Positions 18,497 through 26,527 are shown, counted from the first letter of the stretch. The stretch is DNA of 36,184 nucleotides from a virus (IMGVR_UViG_3300038829_000018:1-36184); one strand, 5' to 3'. Numbers and translations are program-made. The notes: generated from the sequence alone by a model not told the origin.

Positions 18497-18563
18497 ATTG
18501 CTTCCAATTACAACATCACAAAGATATTCTCTTCGGGTTGGACTCGAACCAACTACTACCAGA
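18497..18563 (-). ncRNA. tRNA-like element (perfect T-arm, acceptor-like stem, D-arm-like hairpin); not a canonical tRNA
   Basis: Minus strand GTTGG-TTCGAGT-CCAAC (18553..18537); then CGAAGA pairing with TCTTTG; then GTTG-TAATTGGAAG-CAAT. Confidence 0.4.
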
Positions 18564-18573
18564 TAAATTTATA

Positions 18574-19152
18574 TTAAAGTTCCTCTAACTTTGTTTTAAT
18601 ACTCTTAACTAATTTCTCATCAATAGCTCTAGTGCCGTGATCGTTCTCATCCCAGTTTACTTTATGGTTTACTTGATATTTCTTTTCAGACTTCTTCTTA
18701 GTCCTTGGAAAATAAACCTTAAGTTTTAATGGCGGCTGGTTGGCTAACTTTAATTTCAGCCAGTCGATTTCTTCTGACATCTTTGCGAGTAATTTTATTT
18801 GAGAATCAATCTTGTTATTAGTATTTAAAATCATGCTAATATTAGTTTGAGACTCGTGGTCTTTCTGCTTCTGCTTGTCGTTTAATATGTTAACAGTATT
18901 CTCAATACTCGCTTGAAACTCTGAGAAATTATTGTCGTTAGCTTGTAATCTTTTTTGTAAATTAGCAATGTCAGTTAATGTTAAGCCAACTACATTCTTA
19001 CGAAGATTTGCATTCTGTTCTATTAGTTCATCTAAAGTTTTGAACACTAATCTGTTCTGTCTCTCGACATAATCAATCTTCTCAAACAAATAAAATCCAA
19101 TTCCTACTGATGTCGCTAATACTGCCGCTATGATTATGTATGTGTAGATCAT
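18574..19152 (-). CDS. Membrane-anchored coiled-coil protein
   Basis: AAGGAG RBS; N-terminal TM YIIIAAVLATSVGIGFYLF followed by a long heptad-rich region. Confidence 0.75.
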   Translation of the reverse strand: MIYTYIIIAAVLATSVGIGFYLFEKIDYVERQNRLVFKTLDELIEQNANLRKNVVGLTLTDIANLQKRLQANDNNFSEFQASIENTVNILNDKQKQKDHESQTNISMILNTNNKIDSQIKLLAKMSEEIDWLKLKLANQPPLKLKVYFPRTKKKSEKKYQVNHKVNWDENDHGTRAIDEKLVKSIKTKLEEL

Positions 19153-19235
19153 TTTAAATAACTCCTTAGTATAAGTAAAATTGGTATTGCAAATATAACT
19201 CCGAAAAATAAAACTGCCATCAGGTCATCACGCAT
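19149..19235 (-). CDS. 28-aa hydrophobic peptide MRDDLMAVLFFGVIFAIPILLILRSYLK
   Basis: AGGGA upstream; starts 2 nt after the previous stop; ATGA overlap with the next gene. Confidence 0.65.
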   Translation of the reverse strand: MRDDLMAVLFFGVIFAIPILLILRSYLK

Positions 19236-19237
19236 TA

Positions 19238-19432
19238 TTAATCCCTGTATCCTATATAGTTTGGGTTCTTGCATCTATCGCATAACCTGATATTCTTCTG
19301 ATATGTGACAAACTCCTTGTCGCATCTTAGACAATTTCTTTTCTCGTTAACTAACTCTGGCATATCGTTTATTCGTCTAATTCTATTAGTCTCTTTCGGA
19401 CGGTTAACTCCGTTCTCTGACTTGTATTTCAT
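19238..19432 (-). CDS. Small zinc-ribbon protein
   Basis: CLRC ... CDRC; GGGGG RBS. Confidence 0.7.
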   Translation of the reverse strand: MKYKSENGVNRPKETNRIRRINDMPELVNEKRNCLRCDKEFVTYQKNIRLCDRCKNPNYIGYRD

Positions 19433-19459
19433 CTCATCCCCCGATGACGTTAAATGACT

Positions 19460-19549
19460 TTATCTAACTATAAAAAAAGCTATCAATATCCACACCATTA
19501 AAAGCGTGCTTGCAATATTAATTAACTGTACTGCTAACGTGTCTAGCAT
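19460..19549 (-). CDS. 29-aa hydrophobic peptide MLDTLAVQLINIASTLLMVWILIAFFIVR
   Basis: GGGAG RBS 7 nt upstream; single TM-like segment. Confidence 0.6.
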   Translation of the reverse strand: MLDTLAVQLINIASTLLMVWILIAFFIVR

Positions 19550-19694
19550 CGTCAAACTCCCATTCGCTCATATCAATTAAATCTGATTTGTCTAGATCAT
19601 TTAATAGCTCTAGTGATTTGGCTTTGTCAATAGTTGTCACTTGAGTGTACGCTTTGACGTTAATTGTCACATAGATTAGCAATATTATTAGCAT
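19518..19694 (-). CDS. 58-aa first early ORF with hydrophobic N-terminus
   Basis: AAGGAG RBS; MLIILLIYVTINVKAYTQ...SSTVN*. Confidence 0.65.
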   Translation of the reverse strand: MLIILLIYVTINVKAYTQVTTIDKAKSLELLNDLDKSDLIDMSEWEFDDARHVSSTVN

Positions 19695-19799
19695 TTATAG
19701 CTCCTTGTTGGTTGTTAACGCTATGTAATGCAATTTGAGTGACATATTTATTATGTAAAATTACATACTTTTTTTAAGCTATTAAATAACCAATAGGAC

Positions 19800-19838
19800 A
19801 TCAGCCCAAGGAGACAACAACGAACTCCAAGGGCTGAT
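19800..19838. promoter_or_regulatory. Interrupted hairpin in the divergent control region
   Basis: ATCAGCCC-aa-GGAG-11 nt-CTCC-aa-GGGCTGAT. Confidence 0.6.
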
Positions 19839-19868
19839 TTTATGCGCAACATTTTAGACTTTGTAATA

Positions 19869-19899
19869 TTGACATATAAATTTGTTTGTTTATTGTCAA
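19869..19899. promoter_or_regulatory. Overlapping divergent sigma70-type promoters or operator
   Basis: TTGACA (19869..19874) and its reverse complement TGTCAA (19894..19899) in the gap between the leftward operon and the primase gene; the -10 boxes are imperfect. Confidence 0.5.
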
Positions 19900-19952
19900 G
19901 AATAGACTTTGATAAATTAACATTTTAGCAGTTGCTTTCTGAGGGGGATCTC

Positions 19953-22199
19953 GTGGGAGTTTTTAGTGAGTATGCGTCGCAGTATCATAAATTAGGTTTA
20001 CCAGTAATACCAGTCGTTGGGAAAAGCCCAATTATTAACGACTGGACTAAGCTAAATATAGATAACTACAGCGAAGAATATCTAAATTATTTAATTAAAA
20101 CATACCCTAATGCTGGGATAGGTCTAGTTCTCGGTGAGTCTACCGGAATATCAGGCTTAGATTTAGACGTATACGATCAGACTGATGAAATAAAACTATT
20201 CTTTAAAAATATAGGTGCAACTGACATAGGGAAATATGGTCTCAAAGGTGGAACTCTTTTCTATAGAGACATCGGTAGAAAAAAAATAATTCTAAAAGGA
20301 TTTATACCTGAAAAATATAAGGGAATAAAAGATAAGTCTGGTAAACCATGTGAAGAAAAATATAGAAATAAGCTAGAAATATTATCTCAAGGTCAACACA
20401 CAGTTCTCCCACCATCAGTTCATCCAGATCTAAGTGGTGGTATTTATAAATGGTATAATAAAGACAAAACACTTTTGTCATACGACTGCCTAGAGTCACT
20501 TCCAGAGCTAACAGATGAGCTGATAGCACTGATAACTAAATATTTTCATGAGATTTTTGGAACTAACGAAAAACAAACAAGAAAACAATATGCTGGAAGA
20601 AACGATCACTTAAAAACAGTATGCCACGCTATGTTTCATAAAAATAAAACTCCCTATGACGTTGCTAAAGAACTTGTCACTGTAGACGTAGCGTATTATC
20701 CAGACAATCCTCTTTTTAGTGACGAAAAAGAGTGGACTTCTAATTTAAAAACGCCAGAAGAGAGATCTTTAAGTTTCGCTTTTAGCAACTATAAATCTTT
20801 TGTTGATGTTAAAATAAAAGAGCCATCTACTAGTGATAAAAAAGAAAACAAAAACTATGAACAGATTGGATTTTATCATAGATACACTATATTAAGTGAA
20901 AACGGTAAAATAAAAACAGTTGATAAGCCAAAGTACGAGCTAATGGCAGATCATTGCTTTGAGAATAAAAACTTATGCTTCGACGACGCTCAGTCACTAA
21001 AATATGATGGTAAAAAATGGAACTGGTTCACAAAAACAGCACTTATAAATTTCATTATGGACCTAAATAAAACTGTAATTAACCCTTCACATATAGATTT
21101 GTTCGCTAAGTCTATAAAAGGTAAATGCTTCTCTGGGTCTATGGGTCTTATTTCTTCTGATGGGTTCATAAATGTAAATAACGGTCTTGTAGACGTACAA
21201 ACTGGTGAGCTTATTCCTCATACTTATAAATATCTGTTCAGATATAGCTCCCCTGTAAACTACGACAAGGATGCTAAATGCCCACTATGGTATAGATTCT
21301 TAAACGAGGTCTTCTGTGGAGACACTGATCTTGTACATTTAGCTCAAAGAATATTAGGCTACACAATATTAGGAGGTAGACCTTTTCTACAAATATCTGT
21401 CTGTTTATTCGGAGGAGGAAGGAACGGTAAATCAACTCTTCTAGACGTATTTAGAGCTGTAATAGGAGATGGTAGCTACTCGTCAGTATCAATGTCTAAA
21501 ATAGACAAAGAGTTTTCTGTTATTGCTCTTGATGGAAAACTAGCCAATATCGTTGAGGAGACTCCAACAGATGAGATCAACAGCGAAGCTTTTAAAAACC
21601 TAACAGCTGGTGGTAAAACTAGAGGCGCTCATAAGGGATTTGACGAATACGAGTTCGAATGCACGGCGAGATTCATTTTCGCCTGTAATGATATGCCTAG
21701 ATTTAAAGATACTAATGTATCTATGCTAGATAGGCTCGTATTCTTGCCTTTTAATAGATACTTTGAGGAGCACGAGCGAGATGTTTATTTAAAAGAAAAG
21801 TTGCTTTTAGAACTGCCTGGAATATTAAATTGGGCAATAGAAGGAGCTAGAATAGTAAAGGAAACTAAAAGCCTTAATGTTCCTAAGTCATCTACAGATT
21901 TAAAGAATATATACAGAGAAGAAAGTAACTCTGTTTATGCTTGGTTTAACGAGTGTGTTTCTATCGATAAATCTCAACATAAATATCATGATATCTCTTC
22001 TTTATACGCTGCGTATAAGAATTGGTGCGAAGAAACTGGTACCCATACTTTCGGTAAAAAGAGCTTTTCGACTAAATTTAAAACTGAAATTAACGCAAGG
22101 CTTCAGTCACAACTCTTACCAAAAATCGATGACAATAGGTATAAAAACGATAAAAACGGTCAGTCTAGAGGATACAAAAATATCACTTTTATAATTTAA
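19953..22199 (+). CDS. Bifunctional primase-polymerase fused to D5/P4-family SF3 helicase
   Basis: N-terminal GLPVIPV-GK-P, GIGLVLG, LDLD, HTVLPPSVHP; C-terminal FINVNNG, Walker A GGGRNGKST, ANIVEE, FACNDMP; GAGGGG RBS favours the GTG at 19953. Confidence 0.93.
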   Translation: MGVFSEYASQYHKLGLPVIPVVGKSPIINDWTKLNIDNYSEEYLNYLIKTYPNAGIGLVLGESTGISGLDLDVYDQTDEIKLFFKNIGATDIGKYGLKGGTLFYRDIGRKKIILKGFIPEKYKGIKDKSGKPCEEKYRNKLEILSQGQHTVLPPSVHPDLSGGIYKWYNKDKTLLSYDCLESLPELTDELIALITKYFHEIFGTNEKQTRKQYAGRNDHLKTVCHAMFHKNKTPYDVAKELVTVDVAYYPDNPLFSDEKEWTSNLKTPEERSLSFAFSNYKSFVDVKIKEPSTSDKKENKNYEQIGFYHRYTILSENGKIKTVDKPKYELMADHCFENKNLCFDDAQSLKYDGKKWNWFTKTALINFIMDLNKTVINPSHIDLFAKSIKGKCFSGSMGLISSDGFINVNNGLVDVQTGELIPHTYKYLFRYSSPVNYDKDAKCPLWYRFLNEVFCGDTDLVHLAQRILGYTILGGRPFLQISVCLFGGGRNGKSTLLDVFRAVIGDGSYSSVSMSKIDKEFSVIALDGKLANIVEETPTDEINSEAFKNLTAGGKTRGAHKGFDEYEFECTARFIFACNDMPRFKDTNVSMLDRLVFLPFNRYFEEHERDVYLKEKLLLELPGILNWAIEGARIVKETKSLNVPKSSTDLKNIYREESNSVYAWFNECVSIDKSQHKYHDISSLYAAYKNWCEETGTHTFGKKSFSTKFKTEINARLQSQLLPKIDDNRYKNDKNGQSRGYKNITFII

Positions 22200-22217
22200 T
22201 GTAATTTTTACACGTTT

Positions 22218-22415
22218 TAAGACAGATCATCTGTCTTTAAGACAGATCATCAAAAAGATCTGTCTTAAATAAAATTTAATAAAATCAATACTATATACAG
22301 CTCAAGACAGTAAGACAGATATATTTATATATTTAAAATATAAATAAAAATATACACTATGATATGTATATATAAAGCGACTAGAAAAACGGCTTTTATC
22401 TGTCTTACTGTCTTA
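22218..22415. other. Probable replication origin with iterons
   Basis: Eight copies of AAGACAG/CTGTCTT, including a perfect 18-bp inverted repeat (22304..22321 and 22397..22414) around a 75-bp AT-rich core, right after the primase-helicase gene. Confidence 0.8.
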
Positions 22416-22502
22416 AGCGTTGCGTTAACATATATTATCATTAAAAATTATTGAAAAAACAAAGTCTAAGTTATACCTTTCGTGCACAAAAAAGGAGTAC
22501 TT

Positions 22503-23165
22503 ATGATTTACGATGTTACATATTATTGCAAGAAACATTGCGTATCTAGGACGCATTTTATTTCATGGATTAGGTTGTACAATGTTCCATTCACTGTCGA
22601 TAAGAGAAAGTTCTGGCTGGATGACTCTCATGTTGAAAAGGCGATATCAATTTATGGACTTCATAAAACTAGATTGTACGAAGCTATTGCTGAGTGGTTC
22701 ATATTAAATAAAGTGTCTAAATTCATGTCAACTGATGAGATATCTAAAACAACTAATATTGATAAGGATAAAGTATGCGCTTGTATGTCTAAGGTAAGAC
22801 ATAAGCTTGCTATCGATGGCTATGTGCTTGTCAATAAGCTTATGTGTGGTTACAGGCTAGGAACTATTGATGAGTTTGAAGCTGAGGCTGACAAAGCGTG
22901 CAGAAGAGCGGCAGGGCACTTCGGAGCGTATGCTCTAATATCTCGTGCTCTTGAAATAAGTAAGTTTAAACATAATGTAGATAGCGTTAGAGAAATAATA
23001 CAAAATAATCTTGATTCAGTTGTTCGTGTGCTTGAGAATAAAGTTGATTTTAGTGATGAGCAGGCTGTGTATGCTGGCCATTTATTTGACGAGTCTTTAG
23101 TTCCTGACTTTATTAAAGATATACCTAATGAGAGATATATAAACCATGACCAAACTAAAGCGTAA
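22503..23165 (+). CDS. Hypothetical DNA-binding protein (possible HTH domains)
   Basis: AAGGAG RBS before the ATG at 22503; excisionase-like N-terminus and MSTDEISKTTNID winged-helix-like segment; TTGAAA-17-TACCTT upstream. Confidence 0.55.
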   Translation: MIYDVTYYCKKHCVSRTHFISWIRLYNVPFTVDKRKFWLDDSHVEKAISIYGLHKTRLYEAIAEWFILNKVSKFMSTDEISKTTNIDKDKVCACMSKVRHKLAIDGYVLVNKLMCGYRLGTIDEFEAEADKACRRAAGHFGAYALISRALEISKFKHNVDSVREIIQNNLDSVVRVLENKVDFSDEQAVYAGHLFDESLVPDFIKDIPNERYINHDQTKA

Positions 23166-23451
23166 CAACATAGAAGAGCTAGGGATGTTTGAGCCGTTTG
23201 TAATAGCCCACGCTAAGCGTATAGGCATCATTAAGCCAGACACTAAGTATCGTGTATGTTTTAGCGCCGTGTCGTGTGATAGACCAGCCATTGCGTTAGA
23301 CGTGCTGTCAGACGATGGTAAGTTTGAGCGGTATTATTACAAATTCGGAATTGTGAAGCCAAGATACGGAGCCTCTCGCAATAAGAAGTCAGTTTACGAT
23401 ATTGGTACTCATCAAGATTTGTCGATGTTCGAGCTAACGCAAAGCGAATAA
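23146..23451 (+). CDS. Hypothetical protein
   Basis: Overlaps the upstream gene and fills the operon space. Confidence 0.6.
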   Translation: MTKLKRNNIEELGMFEPFVIAHAKRIGIIKPDTKYRVCFSAVSCDRPAIALDVLSDDGKFERYYYKFGIVKPRYGASRNKKSVYDIGTHQDLSMFELTQSE

Positions 23452-23493
23452 ATATTTTAACATAATTTAAGATTCTATATTACTATTTATGTG

Positions 23494-24198
23494 ATGAGTA
23501 ACTCGCGTATTTTAGTTATTGGAGACCTTCATTTTCCTTATCAGCATCCGGACGCAGTAGCTTTTTTAAAAGCAGTAAAAGATAAATATAATCCAGATAT
23601 AGTAATACAGATAGGTGACGAGATAGATTGGCATGCAATATCTTTTCATGGTGCAGATCCGGACTTATTGTCCCCTGGTGACGAGTTAAAGAGTGCTATA
23701 CAGAAGTTGCAACCATTATATAAATTGTTTCCAGTAGTTGATCTTATAGAGTCTAATCACGGATCATTAGTTTATCGTAAAGGTAAAGTGCATGGCCTTC
23801 CTAGATCTGTATTCAAATCATATCGAGAAGTCTTGGAGGCACCTATAGGATGGCATTGGCATTTTGATTTAACAGTAAAGATGTCTAATGGTATGAATTG
23901 TTATTTCCATCATGGCAAGACAAGTGATCCTTTAAAGCTAAGTCAGAGCATGGGTATGTCTTCTGTACAGGGTCATTTTCACGAGAAGTTTTCAATAAAT
24001 TATTGGGGTAATAGCCTTGGTTTATACTGGCAAGTATTTACCGGCTGTCTTGTTAACGATAATAGTTTAGCGATGAGTTATAATAATACAAATTTAAAAA
24101 GACCTATCATAGGATCTTCTATTATACTTGATGGCCAGCCGAGGTTATTGCCTCTAGTTATGAATAATAAAGGTCGTTGGATTGGGGAGTTAATATGA
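23494..24198 (+). CDS. Calcineurin-like metallophosphoesterase
   Basis: IGDLHFP, QIGDEID, SNHG, FHHG and QGHFH motifs. Confidence 0.9.
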   Translation: MSNSRILVIGDLHFPYQHPDAVAFLKAVKDKYNPDIVIQIGDEIDWHAISFHGADPDLLSPGDELKSAIQKLQPLYKLFPVVDLIESNHGSLVYRKGKVHGLPRSVFKSYREVLEAPIGWHWHFDLTVKMSNGMNCYFHHGKTSDPLKLSQSMGMSSVQGHFHEKFSINYWGNSLGLYWQVFTGCLVNDNSLAMSYNNTNLKRPIIGSSIILDGQPRLLPLVMNNKGRWIGELI

Positions 24199-24455
24199 GC
24201 AAGCCAAAGATTAAGAAGATATCTAGAGAAGAGCTACCAGAATTAAGAGAAGACTCTGATGTGTGTACATTCATGATTTCATACGACGAAGATATGAAGA
24301 TGATAACACTAGCAGTTAAGGCAGGAAGGCCGATGAAGCCGGATGAGTGGGTTATGGCAGTCGGTGATTTTATAAATGATGTGCAGGAAAATCCTGCAAT
24401 ATTATTTGTAGAAGACGCTTATTCTAGCAACGAGGCTGATCCGTCACTTAATTAG
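24195..24455 (+). CDS. Hypothetical acidic protein
   Basis: GGGGAG RBS; ATGA overlap with the phosphoesterase stop. Confidence 0.7.
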   Translation: MSKPKIKKISREELPELREDSDVCTFMISYDEDMKMITLAVKAGRPMKPDEWVMAVGDFINDVQENPAILFVEDAYSSNEADPSLN

Positions 24456-25502
24456 ATTTTTGTTTTTCCAAGAGCCTTTATATTCCATATGCTCACAAGC
24501 TTCTTCAAGCCATCCGTTTCTTCTAGCAGATCCTACCGCACTAGGATATTTATTTAAAAAATCAACTCTATATTTAAACTTTTTAGCTAATCTTAATATT
24601 TCTTCTTTGCTCCTAGTCTTTGGTTTAAATGAAATTAAGCCAGAAGTAAGTTCCTTGTATATTCCTAAATTCCTAGCGGCAGTGCATATGCTCTGTGGCA
24701 AATCTCTTACATACACATATTTAGATATTATATTTTTCAAGTCGTTCTCTGAGTATTTTTTAATTTTCTTGTGAATCATTCTAGATGATATGTCTTTTAA
24801 AAACCCATGTTTGCAAGCTAATGAGTAGGCAGACGTATCATGTTTTTTAAAGTCTCCAATGTATTTGTACTTATTTGCAATGTTAGTTATTTCTATTTTT
24901 AATTTATCCAAGTCTTTTGTCTGTACAGGACCGAGAGCACCAGCTTGCTTTGTGTTTAAAATAGACCATCCTTTGCTCCTATATGTTTCTATAAGCTCCG
25001 CTTCTTTTTTAGGTGCAGTATCAATGTCATAAAATATTCCATGCTCTATAAACTTATATTTAACAGTTCTCATTTTGTTTTTAAACTTACCTTTTTTAAT
25101 ATGAGCATTTAATCTTTTTTCATAGTTTAAGGTAAGCCCGACATATACAGAGTTATCGTAGAACTCTATTGAATATATAGCTCTATTCATAAGATTTCCA
25201 ATGCGCTTCATATGAGAGCAGCACTTCTCCCATAAGTTTCTTCTCTTTGCTATTAGATGAAGATTGATATTTTTATTTATTAGTTCAGTTCTTGAGTTAT
25301 ATTTTTTAGCCTGATTTATTATGTCATCGTCAGATAAAGGTTTTTTTATTAAATGAGAGCAGATATCTTTGAACCACCCGTTCTTTTTTGATGATGCGTA
25401 TGCTCCTATATGTTTTATACAAAAGTCTCGCATCGTCACGCAATTTAAAGCAGCATCCTTGCATCTATCGTAGTTCCAATAGCCGTTTGGCTTCTTGCGC
25501 AT
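24444..25502 (-). CDS. Free-standing GIY-YIG endonuclease with helical repeats (putative homing endonuclease)
   Basis: AIYSIEFYDNSVYVGLT...RLNAH...E...ILN core, flanked by repeats such as KNGWFKDICSHL, RRNLWEKCCSHM and RNGWLEEACEHM. Confidence 0.85.
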   Translation of the reverse strand: MRKKPNGYWNYDRCKDAALNCVTMRDFCIKHIGAYASSKKNGWFKDICSHLIKKPLSDDDIINQAKKYNSRTELINKNINLHLIAKRRNLWEKCCSHMKRIGNLMNRAIYSIEFYDNSVYVGLTLNYEKRLNAHIKKGKFKNKMRTVKYKFIEHGIFYDIDTAPKKEAELIETYRSKGWSILNTKQAGALGPVQTKDLDKLKIEITNIANKYKYIGDFKKHDTSAYSLACKHGFLKDISSRMIHKKIKKYSENDLKNIISKYVYVRDLPQSICTAARNLGIYKELTSGLISFKPKTRSKEEILRLAKKFKYRVDFLNKYPSAVGSARRNGWLEEACEHMEYKGSWKNKNLIK

Positions 25503-25575
25503 ATAAACATCCTTTTAGCCTTATTTTACCACAACTTATAATGCGTATCAAATCAGCGTATTATTATGAGCCGTA

Positions 25576-25603
25576 TTGACGTAAATGCTTAAATGTATAC
25601 AAT
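25576..25603 (+). promoter_or_regulatory. Putative sigma70-type promoter
   Basis: TTGACG-16 nt-TACAAT in the intergenic gap. Confidence 0.5.
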
Positions 25604-25624
25604 AACAATTGCGATCGTGCCTAT

Positions 25625-25675
25625 AGCCCGCTTAGTTTATATGCTCCCGTGTATGGATTAGGTGGGTTTCTTTTT
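25625..25675 (+). terminator. Long G.U-rich hairpin with U-tract (terminator or attenuator)
   Basis: 20 contiguous pairs (25625..25644 with 25649..25668; 12 Watson-Crick, 8 G.U), TCCC loop, then TCTTTTT. Confidence 0.7.
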
Positions 25676-26089
25676 ATGAGAATTGACAAATTATCTAGTA
25701 AAATCTCTTATACATATTACGCTCTTGGTGGTGACATGAGATATCGTGACGATGCTGTGCAAGAGATATTGCTTCGTATGTTAGAGGGTCGTCACAAGCG
25801 AGCAACTATAAGTCAGGCGGTGATTGACTACATGAGAAGAGAAAGCGGTCGTAAGGGATCTATTAATTATAATAATAAAAAGATAGTTGAATATAAAGAT
25901 ACAATTGCATTAACAAATAATAAATTAGATGTTGACAGTTATATTTCAAGTAACTTTACTAAAGAGCAGAGAATAAGTTTTATATTGTATTACAAATGGG
26001 GATTTACTCTTAAAGAGATATCAGACGTTATCGGTGTTAGTGCTAAGCAAGTGTTTAAGTATTTAAAGAGAATTAAGGTGGAGAAGTAA
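25676..26089 (+). CDS. Small sigma70-family factor (regions 2 and 4 only)
   Basis: DDAVQEILLRML...AVIDYMRR and FTKEQRISFILYYKWGFTLKEISDVIGVS; start may be 25676 or 25736. Confidence 0.8.
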   Translation: MRIDKLSSKISYTYYALGGDMRYRDDAVQEILLRMLEGRHKRATISQAVIDYMRRESGRKGSINYNNKKIVEYKDTIALTNNKLDVDSYISSNFTKEQRISFILYYKWGFTLKEISDVIGVSAKQVFKYLKRIKVEK

Positions 26090-26409
26090 TGTACACATAC
26101 AATGCAAAAGTTTTAAAAATAATTGACGGTGACACTATCGACGTTCTTATAGATGTTGGTTTTCATATTAATATAACTCACCGATTACGACTAGCAAGAG
26201 TTGACGCTCCTGAATTAGCTGGCGCTACTCATGATGCTGGTGTTGCTGTGAAAGAATGGTTAATGGATCAGATATTAGATGAGGACGTGTTAATTAAGAC
26301 AGAGAAGTCTGACAGTTTTGGTAGATATATTGCAGAAGTGCAGTATCGTGGAGTGAATGTAAATGATGAGATGTTAGAGTTGAAACTAGTTACACAATAT
26401 AAACGATGA
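26089..26409 (+). CDS. Thermonuclease (SNase) family nuclease
   Basis: KIIDGDTIDVLIDVGF, RLRLARVDAPE, DSFGRYIA, NVNDEML. Confidence 0.92.
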   Translation: MYTYNAKVLKIIDGDTIDVLIDVGFHINITHRLRLARVDAPELAGATHDAGVAVKEWLMDQILDEDVLIKTEKSDSFGRYIAEVQYRGVNVNDEMLELKLVTQYKR

Positions 26410-26423
26410 GAGGAGTTAATTTT

Positions 26424-26483
26424 ATGGCTAAAAAAGCAAAAGTAAAAAAACCAGTTAAAAAAGTTGCACCTAAAAAAAAGTAA
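26424..26483 (+). CDS. 19-aa Lys-rich micropeptide MAKKAKVKKPVKKVAPKKK
   Basis: GAGGAG RBS, double stop TAATAA, then a terminator. Confidence 0.75.
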   Translation: MAKKAKVKKPVKKVAPKKK

Positions 26484-26492
26484 TAAAGCCTA

Positions 26493-26527
26493 GGGTCGTA
26501 TATTTCGATACGATCCAAGACTTTTTT
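26493..26527 (+). terminator. Intrinsic terminator
   Basis: GGGTCGTAT/ATACGATCC stem followed by AAGACTTTTTT, between convergent small ORFs. Confidence 0.65.

Noticed and set aside
18530-18553. Canonical tRNA gene or attP core
   Set aside because: No D-arm or acceptor 5' strand upstream, and no integrase; kept only as a tRNA-like finding.
19729-19744. Sigma54-like site on the minus strand (TGTCAC-N5-TTGCA)
   Set aside because: Spacing and position fit, but the normally invariant GG is GT.
23494-24198. Metallophosphoesterase as an anti-defence enzyme
   Set aside because: The family is common in phages and nothing in the sequence indicates its substrate.
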